Below are positions 8,787-18,410 of a DNA stretch of 64,000 nt, piece after piece. Origin of the DNA: Actinomycetota bacterium (GTDB lineage Bacteria; Actinomycetota; Actinomycetes; S36-B12); assembly GCA_947449035.1 (NCBI GenBank), contig CANFQC010000003.1, positions 24,633 through 88,632 of the forward strand, in the 5' to 3' direction. The translations under genes and the position numbers were made by a program. Position 1 is the first letter of the stretch. Each line of letters starts with the position of its first letter. The notes under the pieces are model-generated. The model searched no databases, was not told where the DNA came from, and saw nothing but the letters and a program-made list of their open reading frames with translations.

Positions 8787-10454
8787 CTAGCTGTTAGGCG
8801 GCTGATGGAAGCCCTTGTGCTCGTGCTCGAGAGCGATCTCGTCAGCGGAGCTGACACCTGCGGGCAGGTCGATCGTCATCTTCGGGCCGGTGAACCACTT
8901 CTTGGCCGACAGGTGCCAGCCGATCCACAGCACGATGAGCGCACCGATGGTGAGGAACGGTGCGTAGTTCACGAACTTCCAGTCGAACGGCACCTCCTCA
9001 GCGCTCGGTGAGCCGTTGAGCCAGCGCAGCCAGCCCGGCGTACCTGCAGGAGTGAAGGGCAGGATGAAGTAGACCGACACGACCACGATCTCGATGATCG
9101 CGAGCGGTGCCATCCACTTCCACTTGTTGCCCAGGTTCCACGAGCCCTGCTTGAACGCCGAACCAATGCGCCAGCGGTACCAGATCGGAATCAGGAACGA
9201 GAGGAACAGGCCGACGACCGCCACCGACACGACTGCGTAGAACGCGGTCGGAACGAGGATCGGTGCTTCCTCGGTGCCGATGTTGACCTCGAGGAGTGCC
9301 GGCAGGGTGATGATGATGGCCACCACTGCCGCGAGCCAGACGGCGTTGGCCGGAATGTGGTTCTTGTTGAGCTTGGCCCACAGTCGTGCGCCAGGCACTG
9401 CACCGTCACGGCTGAAGGCGTAGGTCATACGCGAGGTGCTGGTCATGCAGGCGGTCGAGCAGAACAGCTGCCCGAAGGCGGAGATGAGAAGCACGAAGCC
9501 CGCAACCTTGGCATCGAGAGCCTGGGTGAGGACAACTGCAACACCGCCGCCGCCAGCGGTCACATCACCAGCATTCTGCACGGCGAACAAGAAGGCGAGA
9601 AGCAGGAACCAGCCGCCAATTGCCGAGTAGAAGATCGACTTCCACAGGCCCTTGGCTGCGGTCTCGGATGCGCCCTGGGTCTCCTCCGAAAGGTGAGCCG
9701 AGGCATCGAAGCCGGTGATCGTGTACTGCGTGAGCAAGAAGCCCAGGGGCAGTACGTAGAACCAGAAGCCCCAGCCATCAGTGCCACCGCCATGAAGGCC
9801 ACCGGAGTTGTTGACGCGCATCGTGAAGACGTCGTTGAAGCTCATGTGGCTGTCGGGCAGGATGATCAGGATCAAGATGACGAGTGCGGCACCGAAGACG
9901 TGCCACCACACCGAGACATTGTTGATCTTCGACATGATCGTGCCACCCCAGATGTTCAGGACAACAACGATCAAGAGCACGATGATGAACATGATGAAGA
10001 CTCGCGAGAGCGAGTAACCCGCGGCCCATGAATCACTGATCGAGCAGAGCGCGAGATCGAAGAAGGTCGCGCAGCCGTAGGCCACCGACGCGATAACAGC
10101 GAGCAGGCCGATCAGGTTCAGCCAACCGGTGTAGTAGCCGGCCTTGGCGCCGCCGAGCTTCGATGCCCACCAGTAGATGCCGCCCGAGGTCGGGTAGGCA
10201 GAGACCAGCTCGGACATGCAGAAGCCGATCACGAGGATGAACGCTGCAATCAGCGGCCAGCCGAGCGAGATGGCGATCGGGCCGCCGTTGTTCCAGGCCT
10301 GGCCGAACGTGGTGAAGCAGCCAGCCAGGATCGAGATGATCGAGAACGAGATGGCGAAGTTCGAGAATCCTGACCAGCTGCGGGTCAGTTCCTGCTTGTA
10401 GCCCAGTTCTGCAAGACGACGTTCGTCGTCACTCATGGTGGATAGATCAGCCAC
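8787..10454 (-). CDS. APC-superfamily amino acid/amine permease
   Basis: 555 aa with about 12-13 TM segments. N-terminus LGYKQELTRSWSGFSNFAISFSIISILAG is typical of amino-acid/choline/ethanolamine-type APC permeases. Strong SD (GAGGAGGG) lies 4 nt before GTG 10454. Confidence 0.85.
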   Translation of the reverse strand: MADLSTMSDDERRLAELGYKQELTRSWSGFSNFAISFSIISILAGCFTTFGQAWNNGGPIAISLGWPLIAAFILVIGFCMSELVSAYPTSGGIYWWASKLGGAKAGYYTGWLNLIGLLAVIASVAYGCATFFDLALCSISDSWAAGYSLSRVFIMFIIVLLIVVVLNIWGGTIMSKINNVSVWWHVFGAALVILILIILPDSHMSFNDVFTMRVNNSGGLHGGGTDGWGFWFYVLPLGFLLTQYTITGFDASAHLSEETQGASETAAKGLWKSIFYSAIGGWFLLLAFLFAVQNAGDVTAGGGGVAVVLTQALDAKVAGFVLLISAFGQLFCSTACMTSTSRMTYAFSRDGAVPGARLWAKLNKNHIPANAVWLAAVVAIIITLPALLEVNIGTEEAPILVPTAFYAVVSVAVVGLFLSFLIPIWYRWRIGSAFKQGSWNLGNKWKWMAPLAIIEIVVVSVYFILPFTPAGTPGWLRWLNGSPSAEEVPFDWKFVNYAPFLTIGALIVLWIGWHLSAKKWFTGPKMTIDLPAGVSSADEIALEHEHKGFHQPPNS

Positions 10455-10623
10455 CGTGCCCTCCTCAGTAGCGCGGTTGAGTCCGATTCCCCCTCGGACA
10501 ATGCGAGGACACGGACACTAATGGCCGCAGTCTGCTCCCGTCGTGACTTCGTGAAAGTGCGACACGCGGGACATATGTGACGGGTGTTACAGAAAATTCT
10601 GCTTCAAAAGGTGCATTTCGGAC

Positions 10624-11565
10624 CTATTTCGTCAGTACGTCAAGGAGTGTCTCGAGCTCAGGGCCATCGAATTCGGCCACCGCGCGCTCGTACTTCTCCA
10701 TCCCCCAGCCCCAGTAATCGAACTCAATGGGGCTGATCGAGGCCTGAATTGAGGCCCACAGGGTCCAGCCGTACTTACTCATCAGGCCCCAGAGCCGTGC
10801 CCGGGCCACTTTGGCGGCAAGCTCCTGACCGCTGAGACCCGTCCAGTACGCGTGGACGAGCACCTCCAGCAGGTCGTCGGGCAGGGTCGACTCGCTCCAG
10901 ATATTTCCCAGCTCGAAGCTGGCTTCGTTGTTGCCGGAGTACTCGTAGTCGATCAGCCGGATTCGTGGACCTTCATCGATGAAGTTGCCGGCCAGGAGAT
11001 CGTTATTGCAGGGCACGGTTCCCTCAGGTGACGCGGCCATTGCCTGCCGGATTCGCTCCACCTGCGGCAGGAACTCCTCATACCTCGCAGGAAGTCGGAA
11101 TCCACGCTCGCGCACCAGCGCTAGGTAACGGGCCTGTATCTCGAACATGTTGAAGTCATTGACGAATCGGGGCCCTGAGTGAAGTACTCGGCAGGCCTGG
11201 GCAATGCGCGGCAGATTTTCGGGGAGCCTCACATCGGGCTCACTGAAGGTGCGTCCCTCGATCCAGCCGACGATCAGCATGTTCTCGATTGGCAGGTACT
11301 CGATGACAGGTGCGCCGGCTCCAGAAGCGGCCGCGGCCACCGAGTTCAGATGCTCGTTCTCGCGGTTAATGGCCAGAGCCGAGGACTCATGCTCATAGGC
11401 CCGCACGACCAATGGGCCAGTGGGCAAGGTGACCTTGTAGTTGCGGTTGGTGATTCCGCCGGAAAGCGGCGAGGCATCGAGGGCTCCGGCAAGAGCAGGC
11501 ACCCGGCGTAGTCGATCGGCGTCGGGGAGCCCGTCAAAGGGGTCTCGTTCCGCTGCGCTGGCCAC
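10624..11565 (-). CDS. Choline/ethanolamine kinase-family phosphotransferase (APH-like fold)
   Basis: Brenner-type catalytic loop CNNDLLAGNFI, followed by the choline-kinase motif IRLIDYEYSGNN. N-terminal nucleotide-binding segment LSGGITNRNYKV. TAATCT-N6-GTG start. Confidence 0.75.
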   Translation of the reverse strand: MASAAERDPFDGLPDADRLRRVPALAGALDASPLSGGITNRNYKVTLPTGPLVVRAYEHESSALAINRENEHLNSVAAAASGAGAPVIEYLPIENMLIVGWIEGRTFSEPDVRLPENLPRIAQACRVLHSGPRFVNDFNMFEIQARYLALVRERGFRLPARYEEFLPQVERIRQAMAASPEGTVPCNNDLLAGNFIDEGPRIRLIDYEYSGNNEASFELGNIWSESTLPDDLLEVLVHAYWTGLSGQELAAKVARARLWGLMSKYGWTLWASIQASISPIEFDYWGWGMEKYERAVAEFDGPELETLLDVLTK

Positions 11566-11675
11566 GGGCAGAGATTAGGCGAGCGCGGCCCACCATGGTG
11601 GCGCTTCAGAAAGCCGCCGATATCCGCATCGGGCTCCACTGACCAGGGGGCATACGGCAGAGTTACCCCAGCACC

Positions 11676-11696
11676 ATTCGGGCAGATTGCCCGAAT
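11676..11696. promoter_or_regulatory. 21-bp palindrome ATTCGGGCA-GAT-TGCCCGAAT upstream of the GS-like gene (candidate operator or 5' hairpin)
   Basis: Perfect 9-bp arms. Located 36-56 nt upstream of ATG 11732. Confidence 0.3.
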
Positions 11697-11731
11697 CGAG
11701 CAACACGCATGAACCAGCAACGGAGGCATGG

Positions 11732-13096
11732 ATGAGCCGGCACGTTCCCCTCGACGTCGAGACCCTCAAGCGAGAGGTCGAGCTCGGGCAGATCGATACG
11801 GTCGCGGTGTCGATCACCGATATGCAGGGCCGCCTGGCCGGCAAGCGCATCCACGCACAGTTCTTCGTCGACGAAGTACTCGGTCATGGCACCGAGGGCT
11901 GCAACTACCTTCTCGCCGTCGACGTCGACATGAATACCGTCGACGGCTACGCCATGAGCTCGTGGGACACCGGCTACGGCGACATGGTCATGCGGCCTGA
12001 TCTCAGCTCACTGCACCGCATTCCGTGGCAGCCGGGTGCTGTCGGAGTTCTCTGTGATGTGCTGTGGGAAGACGGCAGCCCCGTCGTTGCGTCACCGCGC
12101 CAGGTGTTGAAGAAGCAGCTCGATCGACTCGACGCTGCCGGCATGGGCGCCTTCGTCGGAACCGAGCTCGAGTTCATTGTCTTCCTCGATACGTACGAGG
12201 AAGCCTGGATCAACGGCTACCGCAATCTCACGCCCGCCAATCTCTACAACGTCGACTACTCGATGCTGGGCGGCGCCCGGGTCGAGCCGTTGCTGCGTCG
12301 CATCCGCAATGAGATGTACTCGGCCGGCATGACAGTCGAGAGTGCGAAGGGCGAGTGCAACCTCGGCCAGCACGAGATCGCGTTCAAGTACCGCGATGCC
12401 CTGAACACCTGCGATAACCACGTGGTCTACAAGACCGGTGCCAAGGAAATTGCTTCGCAGGAGGACATGGCACTGACCTTCATGGCCAAGTACAACGAGC
12501 GCGAGGGCAACTCCTGCCACATCCACTTGTCATTCCGCGGCAGTGACGGCTCGATGGTCATGGCCGATGACAAGGGCGACGAAGGCCTGTCCGAACTAGG
12601 CAAGGCATTCATCGCCGGCCAGCTCGCTCACATGCGTGAACTCACCTTGCTCTTCGCGCCGCAGATCAATAGTTACAAGCGTTTCGTCGAGGGCTCCTTC
12701 GCGCCGACCGCCATTCGCTGGGGCCGCGATAACCGCACGTGCGCCTTCCGCCTGGTCGGTCATGGCCAGTCACTGCGCTTGGAGAACCGTGTACCCGGTG
12801 GCGACGTCAACCCGTATCTCGCAGTCGCGGGCATGATTGCCGCCGGCCTCGATGGCATCGAGAACAAGACCGCACTCGAGCCGATCTTCACCGGCAATGC
12901 GTACGGCAGTGACTCTGAGCGCGTACCGACGTCGATGAACGAGGCACTTGCGCTGTGGGAGGGCTCATCTTGGATCCGAGAGACCTTCGGCGCTGAGGTG
13001 CAGGCGCATTACGCCAACATGGCACGCGTCGAGATCGCCGCCTACGGCAGTGCCGTCACCGACTGGGAGCGCTACCGCAGCTTCGAGCGCCTGTAA
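11732..13096 (+). CDS. Glutamine synthetase-like gamma-glutamyl-amine synthetase (PuuA / GlnA3 / GlnA4 type)
   Basis: GS catalytic-domain features (TELEFIVF...GECNLGQHEIAFKY...NSCHIHLSF...NSYKRF...WGRDNRTCAFRL...RLENRVPGGDVNPYL). Start moved to ATG 11732, which has GGAGG 5 nt upstream. The ORF track used TTG 11687. Confidence 0.8.
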   Translation: MSRHVPLDVETLKREVELGQIDTVAVSITDMQGRLAGKRIHAQFFVDEVLGHGTEGCNYLLAVDVDMNTVDGYAMSSWDTGYGDMVMRPDLSSLHRIPWQPGAVGVLCDVLWEDGSPVVASPRQVLKKQLDRLDAAGMGAFVGTELEFIVFLDTYEEAWINGYRNLTPANLYNVDYSMLGGARVEPLLRRIRNEMYSAGMTVESAKGECNLGQHEIAFKYRDALNTCDNHVVYKTGAKEIASQEDMALTFMAKYNEREGNSCHIHLSFRGSDGSMVMADDKGDEGLSELGKAFIAGQLAHMRELTLLFAPQINSYKRFVEGSFAPTAIRWGRDNRTCAFRLVGHGQSLRLENRVPGGDVNPYLAVAGMIAAGLDGIENKTALEPIFTGNAYGSDSERVPTSMNEALALWEGSSWIRETFGAEVQAHYANMARVEIAAYGSAVTDWERYRSFERL

Positions 13097-13129
13097 CCTC
13101 ACCTCGTCATTCCCCAAGCAAGGAGCATC

Positions 13130-14485
13130 ATGTTCAGCGTCATCAACCCGGCCACCGACGAGGTCGTCACCACCGTTCCGTCGACCTCGCTTGAGCAGAC
13201 CGATGAGGCCATCGCCCGCTCGCACGAAGCATTGAAGACCTGGCGCGAGGTGACCCCCGGTGATCGCGCAAACCTGCTGCGCCGCTTCTCCGACATCGTG
13301 CGTGCACACGAGGACGAACTTGCACTTCTTGAGGTCGTGAACTCAGGTCACACCATCGGCAATGCCCGCTGGGAAGTGAACAACATCGCGAACGTGCTGC
13401 AGTACTACAGCGGCTCACCCGAGCGCCTGTTCGGCCGCCAGATTCCGGTGCCCGGTGGTATCGACATGACTTTCAAGGAGCCCGTTGGCGTCGTGGGCGT
13501 CATCGTGCCCTGGAACTTCCCGATGCCGATTGCCGGCTGGGGCCTGGCACCGGCACTCGCTGCCGGCTGCACCGTCGTACTCAAGCCCGCTGAGGTGACT
13601 CCGCTCACCGCAATTCGCATCGGTGAGCTCGCCCTCGAGGCCGGCATCCCCGAGCACGTGCTCCAGGTGCTGCCGGGCAAGGGCTCGGTTGTCGGCCAGC
13701 GTTTCGTCGATCACGAGCTGGTGCGCAAGGTTGTCTTCACCGGTTCAACCCAGGTCGGCCAGGGGATCATGGAGGGCTGCGCCAAGCAGATCAAGGCCGT
13801 GACACTCGAGCTCGGCGGCAAGAGCGCGAATATCGTGTTCGCCGATTCCGATCTCGAGAAGGCTGCAGCAAGCGCACCGGGCGGTGTCTTCGACAACGCA
13901 GGCCAGGACTGCTGCGCACGCTCGCGCATCCTCGTCGAGCGCAAGGCTTACGACCGCTTCATGGAACTCCTCGAGCCCGCCGTGAAGAACTTCGTGTGCG
14001 GCGACCCCAATGACACCTTGACCGACATGGGCCCGCTCATCACCAAGGCGCAGCTCGAGTCAGTTAAGTCCTTCGTTCCTGACGGAGCACCGATCGCGTT
14101 CCAGGGCACCGCGCCCACAGGTAAGGGCAACTGGTTCCCGCCGACCGTGCTCACCGGCACCGAGAATGACCGCGCCTACCGCGAGGAGATCTTCGGCCCG
14201 GTCGTCGTTGTCGTGCCCTTCGACGACGAGGCCGATGCGATTCGTATGGCGAACGATTCCGAGTACGGGCTTTCAGGCTCAATCTGGACTCGCGATATCG
14301 GACGCGGCATTCGTGTGGCCCGTGGCGTCGAGACCGGCAACCTGTCGGTGAACTCGCACAGCTCGGTTCGCTACTGGACACCGTTCGGCGGCTACAAGAA
14401 GTCCGGCCTCGGTCGCGAGCTCGGCCCCGATGCCGTGGACGCCTTCACCGAGACCAAGAACGTATTCATCAGCACCGAGGACTAA
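13130..14485 (+). CDS. NAD(P)-dependent aldehyde dehydrogenase
   Basis: ALDH motifs VGVIVPWNFP, FTGSTQVG, TLELGGKSANIVF, EEIFGPV. SD AAGGAG. Confidence 0.9.
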   Translation: MFSVINPATDEVVTTVPSTSLEQTDEAIARSHEALKTWREVTPGDRANLLRRFSDIVRAHEDELALLEVVNSGHTIGNARWEVNNIANVLQYYSGSPERLFGRQIPVPGGIDMTFKEPVGVVGVIVPWNFPMPIAGWGLAPALAAGCTVVLKPAEVTPLTAIRIGELALEAGIPEHVLQVLPGKGSVVGQRFVDHELVRKVVFTGSTQVGQGIMEGCAKQIKAVTLELGGKSANIVFADSDLEKAAASAPGGVFDNAGQDCCARSRILVERKAYDRFMELLEPAVKNFVCGDPNDTLTDMGPLITKAQLESVKSFVPDGAPIAFQGTAPTGKGNWFPPTVLTGTENDRAYREEIFGPVVVVVPFDDEADAIRMANDSEYGLSGSIWTRDIGRGIRVARGVETGNLSVNSHSSVRYWTPFGGYKKSGLGRELGPDAVDAFTETKNVFISTED

Positions 14486-14560
14486 TCTCGTATCCACGGG
14501 GAATGAAGCACCCTGCACTACCCGCACACCACCATCCGCATTGATCCCGGAAGAGGAATC

Positions 14561-15340
14561 ATGAGCAACAGCAAGTGCAGCCGTCTCGAGGGCCGCGTGG
14601 CCGTCGTCACCGGTGGCGCCAGCGGCATCGGCCTCGCGTCGGTTCGTCGCTTCGCCGACGAGGGCGCGCACGTCGTCATCGGCGATCTCGATCCCGTCTC
14701 GGGCGAGGCCGCAGCAGCCGAGGTCAATGGCACCTTCATTCGCACCGACGTCACCAATGCTGACGACGTCGCAGCGATGTTCAAGAAGGCCAAGGACACC
14801 TATGGCAGCGTCGACATCGCCTTCAACAACGCTGGCATCTCGCCGCCCGATGATGACTCGATCCTCGAGACCGGCATCGACGCCTGGCGCCGAGTGCAGG
14901 AGGTGAACCTCACCAGCGTGTACCTGTGCTGCAAGGAGGTCATCCCGATCATGCTGGAGCAGGGCAAGGGCTCGATCATCAACACGGCTTCTTTCGTCGC
15001 CACCATGGCAGCAGCCACCAGCCAGATCAGTTACACGGCTTCCAAGGGTGGCGTGCTGGCGATGAGCCGTGAGCTCGGCGTGCAGTTCGCCCGCAGTGGC
15101 ATTCGCGTCAATGCACTCTCGCCTGGCCCAGTGAACACCCCGCTTCTCATCGAGCTCTTCGCTTCGGATCCCGAGCGCGCTGCTCGTCGACTTGTGCACA
15201 TCCCAATGGGTCGCTTCGGCGAAGCAGATGAGCTTGCAGCAGCTGTTGCATTCCTCGCCAGCGATGATTCGTCGTTCATCACCGCGTCGAACTTCCTGGT
15301 CGATGGCGGTATCTCGGGCGCATACGTCACCCCGCTGTAG
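14561..15340 (+). CDS. SDR-family oxidoreductase
   Basis: TGGASGIG cofactor motif, NNAG, and the YTASKGG catalytic Tyr-x3-Lys. Confidence 0.9.
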   Translation: MSNSKCSRLEGRVAVVTGGASGIGLASVRRFADEGAHVVIGDLDPVSGEAAAAEVNGTFIRTDVTNADDVAAMFKKAKDTYGSVDIAFNNAGISPPDDDSILETGIDAWRRVQEVNLTSVYLCCKEVIPIMLEQGKGSIINTASFVATMAAATSQISYTASKGGVLAMSRELGVQFARSGIRVNALSPGPVNTPLLIELFASDPERAARRLVHIPMGRFGEADELAAAVAFLASDDSSFITASNFLVDGGISGAYVTPL

Positions 15341-15384
15341 TCAGTCCACGCTCGCGCCAATCGCCGTCGAGGGAGAGGATCCGA

Positions 15385-15747
15385 ATGTCGATCCTCGTCT
15401 TCGACGGCGATTGCGCTTTCTGCACGCGTTCCGCCGGCTTCATCACCCGACACATCAAGCCCACCACTGAGGTTCACGCGCGGCAGGCCCTCGATCTGGA
15501 AACTCTCGGCCTCAATCCTGAGCAATGCTCCACAGCCGTGCAATGGGTGAGCGACTCCAGCGAAACGCGCTCCGGCGCTGCCGCCATTACCGCCATGCTT
15601 CGCGAGGCAGGCTCCGGCTGGTCAATGCTCGGATCTGTTGGTGAACTGCCTGGCGTTCGATCCCTGGCCGCACACACTTACCGAGTTATCGCCTCGAATA
15701 GACATCGACTTCCCGGCGGAACCACCGCCTGCGAGATGCCCGATTAG
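15385..15747 (+). CDS. Thiol-disulfide oxidoreductase, DCC family (DUF393)
   Basis: N-terminal LVFDGDCAFC motif and a ~120-aa size typical of the family. SD GGGAGAGGA. Confidence 0.7.
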   Translation: MSILVFDGDCAFCTRSAGFITRHIKPTTEVHARQALDLETLGLNPEQCSTAVQWVSDSSETRSGAAAITAMLREAGSGWSMLGSVGELPGVRSLAAHTYRVIASNRHRLPGGTTACEMPD

Positions 15748-16463
15748 AGCGCGGCCCGGTACGCCGTTGCGGCCTCCAGGAAGTTTCGGATCAGGCCGAC
15801 ATCGCGCACCCTGCGGTCAGGGTGCTCTGGATGCCACTGCACGCCGATGACATACGCACCGCGAGGGTCCTCGCACACCTCAATGGTTCCGTCGGGTGCG
15901 ACTCCGGTGATCTGGAGGTCACCCGGATCCTTCACTGCCTGATGGTGCGAGGAGTTCACGACGGCCTCAGTGCCACCCATTGCCTTGGCCACGAGCGAAC
16001 CCTCGATGAACTCGGCTTCATGGTCGTTGAACTGGCCGGGCTTAATGCGGTGGGTGACCTCGGAAATATCGGGCATGTTCTGATGCAGTGCTCCGCCGTG
16101 GGCAACCGCCATGATCTGCAGGCCGCGGCAGATGCCGAAGACGGGCATGTCACGTTCGCGAGCTCCGCGATACAACGCGATTTCGGAGGCATCTCGCGAG
16201 ACACGAGGAACATCAGTGGTCTCGTGCGACTCCTCGCCATAGAGCGACGGATCAACATCCGCACCGCCGACGATCACCAGCCCATCGAGGCGATCAAGTA
16301 CTGAGACATCGGGGTCGACATCCGGAGGAAGCAGCACGACGCGAGCGCCGGACTCCTGGAAGAGATCGAGGTACCAGTGCGGGAGAGTGGATGCCGTGAC
16401 ATCCCACGCGCCCCACTTCGCGGGCTCGAGGTAAGTGCTGACGCCGATGACGGGACGACTCAT
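15744..16463 (-). CDS. Gamma-glutamyl-gamma-aminobutyrate hydrolase-type class I glutamine amidotransferase (peptidase C26, PuuD-like)
   Basis: VIGVSTY...GLVIVGGADVDP...PVFGICRGLQ (nucleophile Cys)...HHQAV...GVQWHPE. Start set at ATG 16463 (MSRPVIGV), which has an upstream AAGGA. The 278-aa track ORF extends into non-coding-looking sequence. Confidence 0.85.
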   Translation of the reverse strand: MSRPVIGVSTYLEPAKWGAWDVTASTLPHWYLDLFQESGARVVLLPPDVDPDVSVLDRLDGLVIVGGADVDPSLYGEESHETTDVPRVSRDASEIALYRGARERDMPVFGICRGLQIMAVAHGGALHQNMPDISEVTHRIKPGQFNDHEAEFIEGSLVAKAMGGTEAVVNSSHHQAVKDPGDLQITGVAPDGTIEVCEDPRGAYVIGVQWHPEHPDRRVRDVGLIRNFLEAATAYRAAL

Positions 16464-16509
16464 GTTCCTTAGCCTCTCATCACGACGAACCCTGCGGACA
16501 GGGGGATTA

Positions 16510-17244
16510 CTACCAAGGCAGTTGTTCCCCCTTGTGGAGGAACTGTCGGGACGGTGCACCGGGGTCGATGAGGGCGGCATCGACGATCGTGTCGATTCCT
16601 TCCTCGATGCTCAGCATTGCGGCCTCGGAGCCGAGCTCGGTGCGAACCCAACCGGGATGGGCGATATTCACTTTGATCGAGGTGTCAGCAAGAGCATCGG
16701 CCAAATGAAGGGCGTACTGATGCAGAGCGGACTTCGAGGAGTTGTAGGCAACCGTCTTCATCCCTTCAAGACCGGTGTGCGAGGCGTGCAGGGTGAGCGA
16801 GCCGAGAATACTGCCCACGAAGACAATGCTTGCGTGCTGACTGCGCCGGATGAGTGGCAAGAAAGCCTGCGTTACAGCCACTTGTGCGAAGTAATTAGTC
16901 TCGAAGGTTCTATGCAGGATCTCCTGGGAGACCGACTCGGCATTGGACTGCATCCAGTCACCCTCGAGGCCTACACCCGCATTGTTGACCAGAATATCCA
17001 GTACTCCATAAGTCGAGTCCACGAACCGGACTGCGTCACGTATCGAGTTCTCATCACACACGTCGAGGACGATTGCCTCCGCCTTTCCACCCGATGCATG
17101 AATGAGTTCAACCGCGCTCGACAGGGCCGAGGCATCCCGGGCTGCGAGCACCACAGTGACGCCGCGCGACGCGATTTCGATGGCGGCTGCTCTACCAAGT
17201 CCCTTGGAGGCGCCGGTGATCAGGGCGATTCGTGAGGCCGACAT
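16510..17244 (-). CDS. SDR-family oxidoreductase
   Basis: ALITGASKGLG, NNAG, and YNSSK (Tyr-x3-Lys). Alternative start at ATG 17265. Confidence 0.85.
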   Translation of the reverse strand: MSASRIALITGASKGLGRAAAIEIASRGVTVVLAARDASALSSAVELIHASGGKAEAIVLDVCDENSIRDAVRFVDSTYGVLDILVNNAGVGLEGDWMQSNAESVSQEILHRTFETNYFAQVAVTQAFLPLIRRSQHASIVFVGSILGSLTLHASHTGLEGMKTVAYNSSKSALHQYALHLADALADTSIKVNIAHPGWVRTELGSEAAMLSIEEGIDTIVDAALIDPGAPSRQFLHKGEQLPW

Positions 17245-17268
17245 ATTCTCTTCCCGTCTCTTCATTGG

Positions 17269-18306
17269 CTAATGTTGGCGCGGAGCAGCACCGGTCGAGT
17301 TTCGCACGATGAGCTCGGGTCGGAACATGAACTCATCGCGTGGAGCACGGGTGCCGTTGATTTCGTCCATGAGAGCCTGCACGGCTGCCGTTCCCATCGC
17401 ATGCACTGACTGGCGCAGGGTCGTGAGCGGCGGATCAGTAAAGGCCATCAACATCGAGTCGTCGTACCCGATGACCGAGACATCGCCGGGCACGCTCATG
17501 CCGCGCTGGCGCACGGTGCGCACTACGCCAAGAGCCATGAGGTCAGAGCCGCATACGATCGCGGTGCAGCCAGCGGCCAGAAGGTGGTGTGCTGCTGCCT
17601 GACCGCCTTCAACAGTGAAGAGAGAGTGGTTGACGAGCGAAGCCGCCTCATCGCCACTGACTCCAGCGTGGCGTTGCATTGCATCGATAAATCCGGCGCG
17701 CTTGCGAACTACTGGAACAAACCGGTCTGGGCCCACCGCCAGCCCGATGCGTCGATGGCCCATTGACGTCAGATGAGCAACGGCAAGATCCATCGCCGTG
17801 ACATCGTCGTCGGAAATGAAGGGCGCATCGATGCCCTCGGCGAAGCCATTCACATAGACCACGGGCAACTTGCGCTCGACGAGTGCCCGGTAGCGAGACA
17901 TGTCGGCTGAGATATCAGCGTGGCCTCCGCTGACGAAGATGATGCCGGCAACTCCGCGTTCAAGAAGCAGGTCGACGTACTCCTCTTCGCTCACGCCACC
18001 GGGAGTCTGCGTGCAGAGCACGGGGGTGTAGCCCAGTTGAGCGAGTTGGGTCTCCATGCCCTGGGCGAGAATGGGAAAGATCGGATTCTCCAGCTCAGGC
18101 ACGATGAGACCGACGAGCCCGGCACGTGCGCGCAGCTTCGAGGGACGCTCATATCCGAGTACGTCGAGGGCGGTGAGTACCGACTGCCGGGTTGCATCTG
18201 AGGCGCCCGGGCGGCCATTGAGCACCCGCGAGACCGTGGCTTCGCTGACTCCGGCCTGCTCGGCAATCAATGCCAAGGTGGCCTTGGGGGCAGGCGAATC
18301 GGACAT
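17269..18306 (-). CDS. LacI-family transcriptional regulator
   Basis: N-terminal HTH TLALIAEQAGVSEATVSRVLNG plus a periplasmic-binding-protein-like effector domain. TACAGT-N6-ATG start. Confidence 0.9.
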   Translation of the reverse strand: MSDSPAPKATLALIAEQAGVSEATVSRVLNGRPGASDATRQSVLTALDVLGYERPSKLRARAGLVGLIVPELENPIFPILAQGMETQLAQLGYTPVLCTQTPGGVSEEEYVDLLLERGVAGIIFVSGGHADISADMSRYRALVERKLPVVYVNGFAEGIDAPFISDDDVTAMDLAVAHLTSMGHRRIGLAVGPDRFVPVVRKRAGFIDAMQRHAGVSGDEAASLVNHSLFTVEGGQAAAHHLLAAGCTAIVCGSDLMALGVVRTVRQRGMSVPGDVSVIGYDDSMLMAFTDPPLTTLRQSVHAMGTAAVQALMDEINGTRAPRDEFMFRPELIVRNSTGAAPRQH

Positions 18307-18410
18307 GACCTCACTGTACCGAGCCGACCTTCACACACAGGATCGGCACATCACCCTCACCCACTGGTGTGACAGGCTTTGCAGGTGCCCACCGACCATC
18401 GGAATCGTGG

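Noticed and set aside
14279-15199. 306-aa minus-strand ORF
   Set aside because: It is antisense across the ALDH/SDR junction. Both sense genes have strong family motifs and SD sites.
15744-16580. N-terminal 39-codon extension of the PuuD-like ORF. The same reasoning applies to the galU extension to 39690, the 37153..38202 ORF extension, and the extensions at 32134, 49446, 50245 and 53471.
   Set aside because: The extensions overlap neighbouring genes or terminator/tRNA sequence and lack SD or -10 geometry. The internal starts have SD sites or TANNNT-N6 and give family-typical N-termini.
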